Below are positions 59,871 through 64,000 of a stretch of DNA of 64,000 nucleotides, piece after piece (within the stretch, counting starts at the first letter, position 1; the number at the start of each line of letters is the position of its first letter). The notes under the pieces were generated by a model. The model had not been told where the DNA came from and made no database searches. It saw only the letters and a program-made list of their open reading frames with translations. The stretch is taken from contig JALZUO010000028.1 of the NCBI GenBank assembly GCA_023301565.1, forward strand, positions 123-64,122, given 5' to 3'. The DNA is from Oligoflexales bacterium (GTDB taxonomy: Bacteria > Bdellovibrionota_B > Oligoflexia > Oligoflexales > JALZUQ01). The position numbers were made by a program, and so were the translations under genes.

Positions 59871-60707
59871 TTGGTACCTTGGCGAGCAGCTGGAAGAAAA
59901 GGGAGTGCGGCCAAGCCGTACAGCATGTCTATGGGAAGAAAGCCAAACAAGCAGCGCACGCCGAAGGGACAGAAAACTGGTTCTTCGCGTGACCGGCCCC
60001 ACAAGGGGATTATGACCCGCGTAAGCTTGGGTGCATCCTCTGTGTTTACCGTAGGCATAGATAGCCTCAGCTGCCTAATCGTAGGCGCTTTTGCAGTCCT
60101 TTTATCTCCACTTCACATTCTAAGAGGTTTTGACAAATTCTTCTTATTCGGCCGGGTTCTGGCTCCACTAGGGCTTTTAACCACTGGTATTCGTACAGTC
60201 ATCGATTCGAGGCTTGGCTACCATGACCGGGTCGTAGCCCAGCTTGAGGGGATGATTGCTCACCTGGAAAAGGTTCGGAAACGGAGCAAATCGAGAGCTC
60301 CACAGTGCAAACTGGTCTTGATCGAGCTTTATACAGCTATGGTTAGAGCTTATATGCAAACTGGCCATATGGACGATGCCATGCTTGTGATTATAAGGGC
60401 TTACAACAGCCTTGGGGTAAAAAGGCTTCGCGGCCTTGGTGAGCTGGATATCCGTACGGCGCACATTGTGCGGGCAGGGATATCGGCAGGCAGGCTTTTA
60501 GATGACGGTGGTATGGCTGCAATGCTAGTTCGTAGTTCGAATCAAGCTGAAAAGCCAAAAAGGTCGCCTAGAAAGACCCCAAGAAAAGGTGCCTCTTCAG
60601 GGGGCGATGCTATAAAAACAAAAAAAAAGAAAAAGAAATCTGGTACCGTCATTTCGCTCGGTCAGTATGTAGCCGAAAAAAACGAGTCTACTAGACCACA
60701 AAAATAG
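59871..60707 (+). CDS. Hypothetical membrane-anchored protein with TPR-like helices (start uncertain)
   Basis: Two hydrophobic segments, helical core, Lys-rich tail; 28 bp before gap. Confidence 0.6.
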   Translation: MVPWRAAGRKGSAAKPYSMSMGRKPNKQRTPKGQKTGSSRDRPHKGIMTRVSLGASSVFTVGIDSLSCLIVGAFAVLLSPLHILRGFDKFFLFGRVLAPLGLLTTGIRTVIDSRLGYHDRVVAQLEGMIAHLEKVRKRSKSRAPQCKLVLIELYTAMVRAYMQTGHMDDAMLVIIRAYNSLGVKRLRGLGELDIRTAHIVRAGISAGRLLDDGGMAAMLVRSSNQAEKPKRSPRKTPRKGASSGGDAIKTKKKKKKSGTVISLGQYVAEKNESTRPQK

Positions 60708-60735
60708 TTTGCAATGATTTGAGAAAGGCTTTCAC

Positions 60736-61740
60736 ATGACAATTCGCATCGGCATCAATGGGTTTGGACGCATCGGCCGCAACGTAATGCGCCACGTGCT
60801 TTCCGGAAGTAGAGATATCGAAGTGGCTCACATCAATGACTTGACCGATAATGATATGCTGGCTCATTTACTCAAGTATGACAGCGTACACGGCAATCTG
60901 AGTACCGATATCAAGGCTGACGATAAGCAGATTTATATGGATGGAAAAGCCGTTACAGCTTCGGCGATTCGTAACCCTGCAGAAATTCCTTGGGGCGATA
61001 AAGGTGTCGATATTGTTTTCGAGTGTACGGGAATATTTAGAGACAGAGAATCAGCTTCTTTACACATAAAGTCCGGTGCAAAAAAGGTTCTGATTTCTGC
61101 TCCTGGTAAAGACGAAGATAAAACGGTTGTCTTTGGGGTCAACCATAAAGAGCTCACTCCGCAAGACACCATTGTTTCTAATGGGAGCTGCACAACAAAC
61201 TGCCTTGCACCAGTCGCTAAAATTTTGCACGAAGGGTGGGGGATTCAAAAAGGAACTATGACCACGGTTCATGCTTACACTAGCGACCAGCGCATTTTGG
61301 ACCTTCCGCATAAAGACAAGCGGCGCGCACGTGCAGCCGCTGTCAGTATGATTCCAACAACGACCGGCGCAGCAAAGGCTATTAGTCTTGTGATTCCTGA
61401 TCTTAAAGGAAAAATTCATGGCATGGCCATCCGTGTTCCAACACCTAATGTGTCGATGATCGATTTGAGTTTACAGCTGGGGAAAAAATGTTCGGCTGAA
61501 GAGTTAAATAAAGCCTTAGAAGAGGCCGCTAAAGGTCCTTTGCGTGGAATATTAGGTTTTTCTAACCTTCCTTTGGTCTCTTGTGACTATAACGGGAACC
61601 CGCTGTCTAGCTGTGTAGACGGACTATCGACAGAGGTTGTCGGTGGGGATCTTGCCAAAGTAGTTTCTTGGTACGACAACGAGTCAGGCTTTAGTGCTCG
61701 TATGTTAGACGTAGCAGCTTATATGCAAAGCCTCTCTTAG
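60736..61740 (+). CDS. gap: Glyceraldehyde-3-phosphate dehydrogenase type I
   Basis: INGFGRIGR, SCTTNCLAP, MIPTTTGAAKA, SWYDNE. Confidence 0.98.
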   Translation: MTIRIGINGFGRIGRNVMRHVLSGSRDIEVAHINDLTDNDMLAHLLKYDSVHGNLSTDIKADDKQIYMDGKAVTASAIRNPAEIPWGDKGVDIVFECTGIFRDRESASLHIKSGAKKVLISAPGKDEDKTVVFGVNHKELTPQDTIVSNGSCTTNCLAPVAKILHEGWGIQKGTMTTVHAYTSDQRILDLPHKDKRRARAAAVSMIPTTTGAAKAISLVIPDLKGKIHGMAIRVPTPNVSMIDLSLQLGKKCSAEELNKALEEAAKGPLRGILGFSNLPLVSCDYNGNPLSSCVDGLSTEVVGGDLAKVVSWYDNESGFSARMLDVAAYMQSLS

Positions 61741-61792
61741 TTTTTGAGAGTTTAATTGATAAGTGTAATTGGTTTTTCCATAAATAATACAG

Positions 61793-62215
61793 GTGCAAAA
61801 GATGTCAAAAGATAGTTCTGGTTTAGAAACTTTTACCCGTAAAGAGGTGCTCGAGGCTTTGGCCAAAGGTGCTAGTCTCGCGGACAAAGATATGCGCAAA
61901 GCGAACTTGTCTAAGCTGGACTTTACAGGTGTAGATTGCAGAAATTCCAATTTTTCTTATGCAAACGTAAAAGACTGCGTTTTTGTCAGAGCAGATCTAA
62001 CCAATGCTTCGTTTTGGAACGCTAGCTGCGAGGGGGCAAACTTCACTGCTGCAAACCTAGAAGATGCGGACCTAGACTACGCAAAGCTGCGTGGGGCCAT
62101 TTTATATCAGGCAAATATCCGTAGAGCATCTCTTCCGGTAGAGACTATCGCCCGGGATGATATTATGAGCTCTGTAGATAAAGGGACGCCTGTCGGGCAC
62201 TTTAGAGATCCTTAA
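61793..62215 (+). CDS. Pentapeptide repeat protein
   Basis: Tandem A(N/D)LxX repeats: ANLSK, ADLTN, ANFTA, ANLED, ADLDY. Confidence 0.9.
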   Translation: MQKMSKDSSGLETFTRKEVLEALAKGASLADKDMRKANLSKLDFTGVDCRNSNFSYANVKDCVFVRADLTNASFWNASCEGANFTAANLEDADLDYAKLRGAILYQANIRRASLPVETIARDDIMSSVDKGTPVGHFRDP

Positions 62216-62220
62216 ATAAA

Positions 62221-62281
62221 AAAAAAGCCCTTAGGTTAGATCTCTGTCTTTCTGTAAAACGGAGAATGCCTAAGGGCTTTA
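62221..62281. terminator. Terminator hairpin between convergent genes
   Basis: AAAAAAGCCCTTAGG...CCTAAGGGCTTT. Confidence 0.65.
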
Positions 62282-62348
62282 TCGTGCTTCAATCGATTGG
62301 TTTTCTAGACCTGTCGCTCTTTTTTTTAAAAAACTACTTTTTTTAAAA

Positions 62349-63866
62349 CTACTTTGAAATAGCTAAAAATTGGTACTCGTCGCCACGCTCAATACGAATA
62401 AGACAGCTTTTGTGCTTTCGAGTCGCTGCATAGAAGTCCGATGGTTTAGTAACCTTGGTTCTTTTGCGGTTCACACGAACCTCTACAATGACATCTCCCT
62501 CGCGCAAACCAAAGCGTGAAGCAGCAGACCCAGGCGCTGCGGCACTTACAACAGCACCGGAAGCAGAACTGATGCGGTACTTAGATTTTAGCGCGCGGTT
62601 TACTGGGACCAATGAAAAGCCAAACCCTGAACCTTTACTCCCTGACTTCGAAGTCAATGTTTGTGGGTTGTCTGGGAAAGATTGAATTTTTAGCGAAAAT
62701 GATTTTTGCTTGCCATCTCTGTAGGCCGAAACATCGACTCTGTCTCCAGGGTTTCGGAGGCCAACCTGGTTTGCCAGCTCGTTTGGTGAGCTGATGTTTT
62801 TGCCGCTCACCTGTGTGATTACATCGCCTTCTTTGATCCCGGCGCGCGCTGCAGGGCCCTTGCTCACGACCTGGGTTACCATCACACCTTTTTGCCCTTT
62901 TGGAAGCCCAAGGTGGCTAGTCATTTGCTCGTCCATGCTCTGCATGGTTACGCCGATATACCCGCGGTCTACCTTACCTTTGTTGATGAGCTGTGTAGCG
63001 ATGCGGCGTGCAATGTTCGAAGGGACGGCAAAACCAATTCCATTATAGCCACCGGCTTGTGAAAAAATCGCAGTGTTTACACCGATGACTTTTCCAGCCA
63101 TGTTGATCAGCGGTCCACCCGAGTTTCCGGGGTTGATGGCACTATCTGTTTGGATAAAGTTTCCTAGCTGGGTGAGCTTTAGGTTTCCGCGGCCAAGAGC
63201 CGAGATAACCCCAAAGGATATACTAGATTCAAGCCCAAACGGCGCTCCCAGTGCAAGCGAAAACTCGCCGACCTTAAGCGCGTCGCTATCAGCAAGTACC
63301 AGTGAAGACAACCCTTTGCGGTTGAACTTTTTCATCTTGATTTGAACGACGGCAATATCCGTGTTTTTATCTCTACCTACGACTTTTGCATCATAGCTCT
63401 CACCGTTTGCTAGTTTTAGGCTAATTTCATCTGCGCCTTCGACCACGTGGTTGTTCGTTATGACATAGCCCTGGTCTAAGTCGACAAAAAACCCACTACC
63501 GATCCCACTTTTTTGTGGCTTGGGGTTGCTTTGCCGAGGGGATTGGTTTTGCAGCTCCGGAAACCAAAACTCAAAAGGGTTAAACTGTCCGCCATTTCCA
63601 AAAGGGTTGCGAACTACCTTGGCCACCGAAACAAAGACAATAGCAGACGATGTTTGGGCAGCGATTTCACTTACGCCCTGAGACATTTCCTGCAGTGCCG
63701 ACACATTACTCGAATAACGCGCGGTGCTACTCGAAGAGCTTGGCAGTTTGTAGGCAAGCCCAAAGCTCGGCGCTAGGACAAGGCAGCAGAGTAGCGCCAT
63801 GGATATCACCGCTAGACGCGGCGGTTTACAGAAGGTTTTAGTCGATGGGTTCTTTTGTTTGTTCAT
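62349..63866 (-). CDS. Do/DegP/DegQ periplasmic serine protease with two PDZ domains
   Basis: TNNHVV, TDIAV, QTDSAINPGNSGGPL, GIGFAVP, RGYIGV; signal peptide. Confidence 0.95.
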   Translation of the reverse strand: MNKQKNPSTKTFCKPPRLAVISMALLCCLVLAPSFGLAYKLPSSSSSTARYSSNVSALQEMSQGVSEIAAQTSSAIVFVSVAKVVRNPFGNGGQFNPFEFWFPELQNQSPRQSNPKPQKSGIGSGFFVDLDQGYVITNNHVVEGADEISLKLANGESYDAKVVGRDKNTDIAVVQIKMKKFNRKGLSSLVLADSDALKVGEFSLALGAPFGLESSISFGVISALGRGNLKLTQLGNFIQTDSAINPGNSGGPLINMAGKVIGVNTAIFSQAGGYNGIGFAVPSNIARRIATQLINKGKVDRGYIGVTMQSMDEQMTSHLGLPKGQKGVMVTQVVSKGPAARAGIKEGDVITQVSGKNISSPNELANQVGLRNPGDRVDVSAYRDGKQKSFSLKIQSFPDNPQTLTSKSGSKGSGFGFSLVPVNRALKSKYRISSASGAVVSAAAPGSAASRFGLREGDVIVEVRVNRKRTKVTKPSDFYAATRKHKSCLIRIERGDEYQFLAISK

Positions 63867-64000
63867 TTCAGCTCCAAAGTCTAGGTCTGTCCAGTTAGCT
63901 TCAGCTTAGTGTTTCTATTCTAAGAACTTGCTAAGAGATGGATAAGTTTAACCTAAGCTGTTACTGGCTGCCTTAGCGCCTGGCTTAGCGGCAAAAGATT

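Noticed and set aside
59696-60058. 120-aa minus-strand ORF
   Set aside because: Overlaps tRNA-Cys; it is a translation of the tRNA sequence.
62318-62356. Short duplicated TTTT-AAAA-CTACTTT motif
   Set aside because: Two low-complexity copies at a gene end; not an array.
1-64000. CRISPR array, rRNA, transposase, integrase or prophage
   Set aside because: No regularly spaced repeats or hallmark proteins were seen by eye; short or degenerate elements could have been missed.

Overview
Gene-dense bacterial chromosome segment of moderate GC. Gene content and style suggest a Bdellovibrionota/Oligoflexia-like or other deltaproteobacterial-type organism, but this is inference and cannot be proven from the window. 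Housekeeping genes: DEAD helicase, rlmN, nadA, thrS, kdsB, oxyR-ahpCD, two FabH paralogs, fabG, trmJ-type methylase, class I aldolase, purA, purB, lpxD, rpmG (missed by the ORF track), tig-clpP-clpX-lon, gap, a DegP-type protease, tRNA-Arg(CCT) and tRNA-Cys(GCA). Many orphan secreted proteins sit between them. The most striking observation is a class-I release-factor homologue (27783-28984, minus strand). It keeps the catalytic GGQ, has lost the PxT/SPF stop-codon-reading motif, appears to carry an N-terminal Sec signal peptide, and is split by a -1 frameshift at an internal TAA. A signal-peptide-bearing kinase-like protein and a tandem paralog pair share a similar 'signal peptide + early Cys + helix' N-terminus, which hints at an exported effector set built from cytoplasmic folds. 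No CRISPR array, rRNA, transposase or prophage was recognised.
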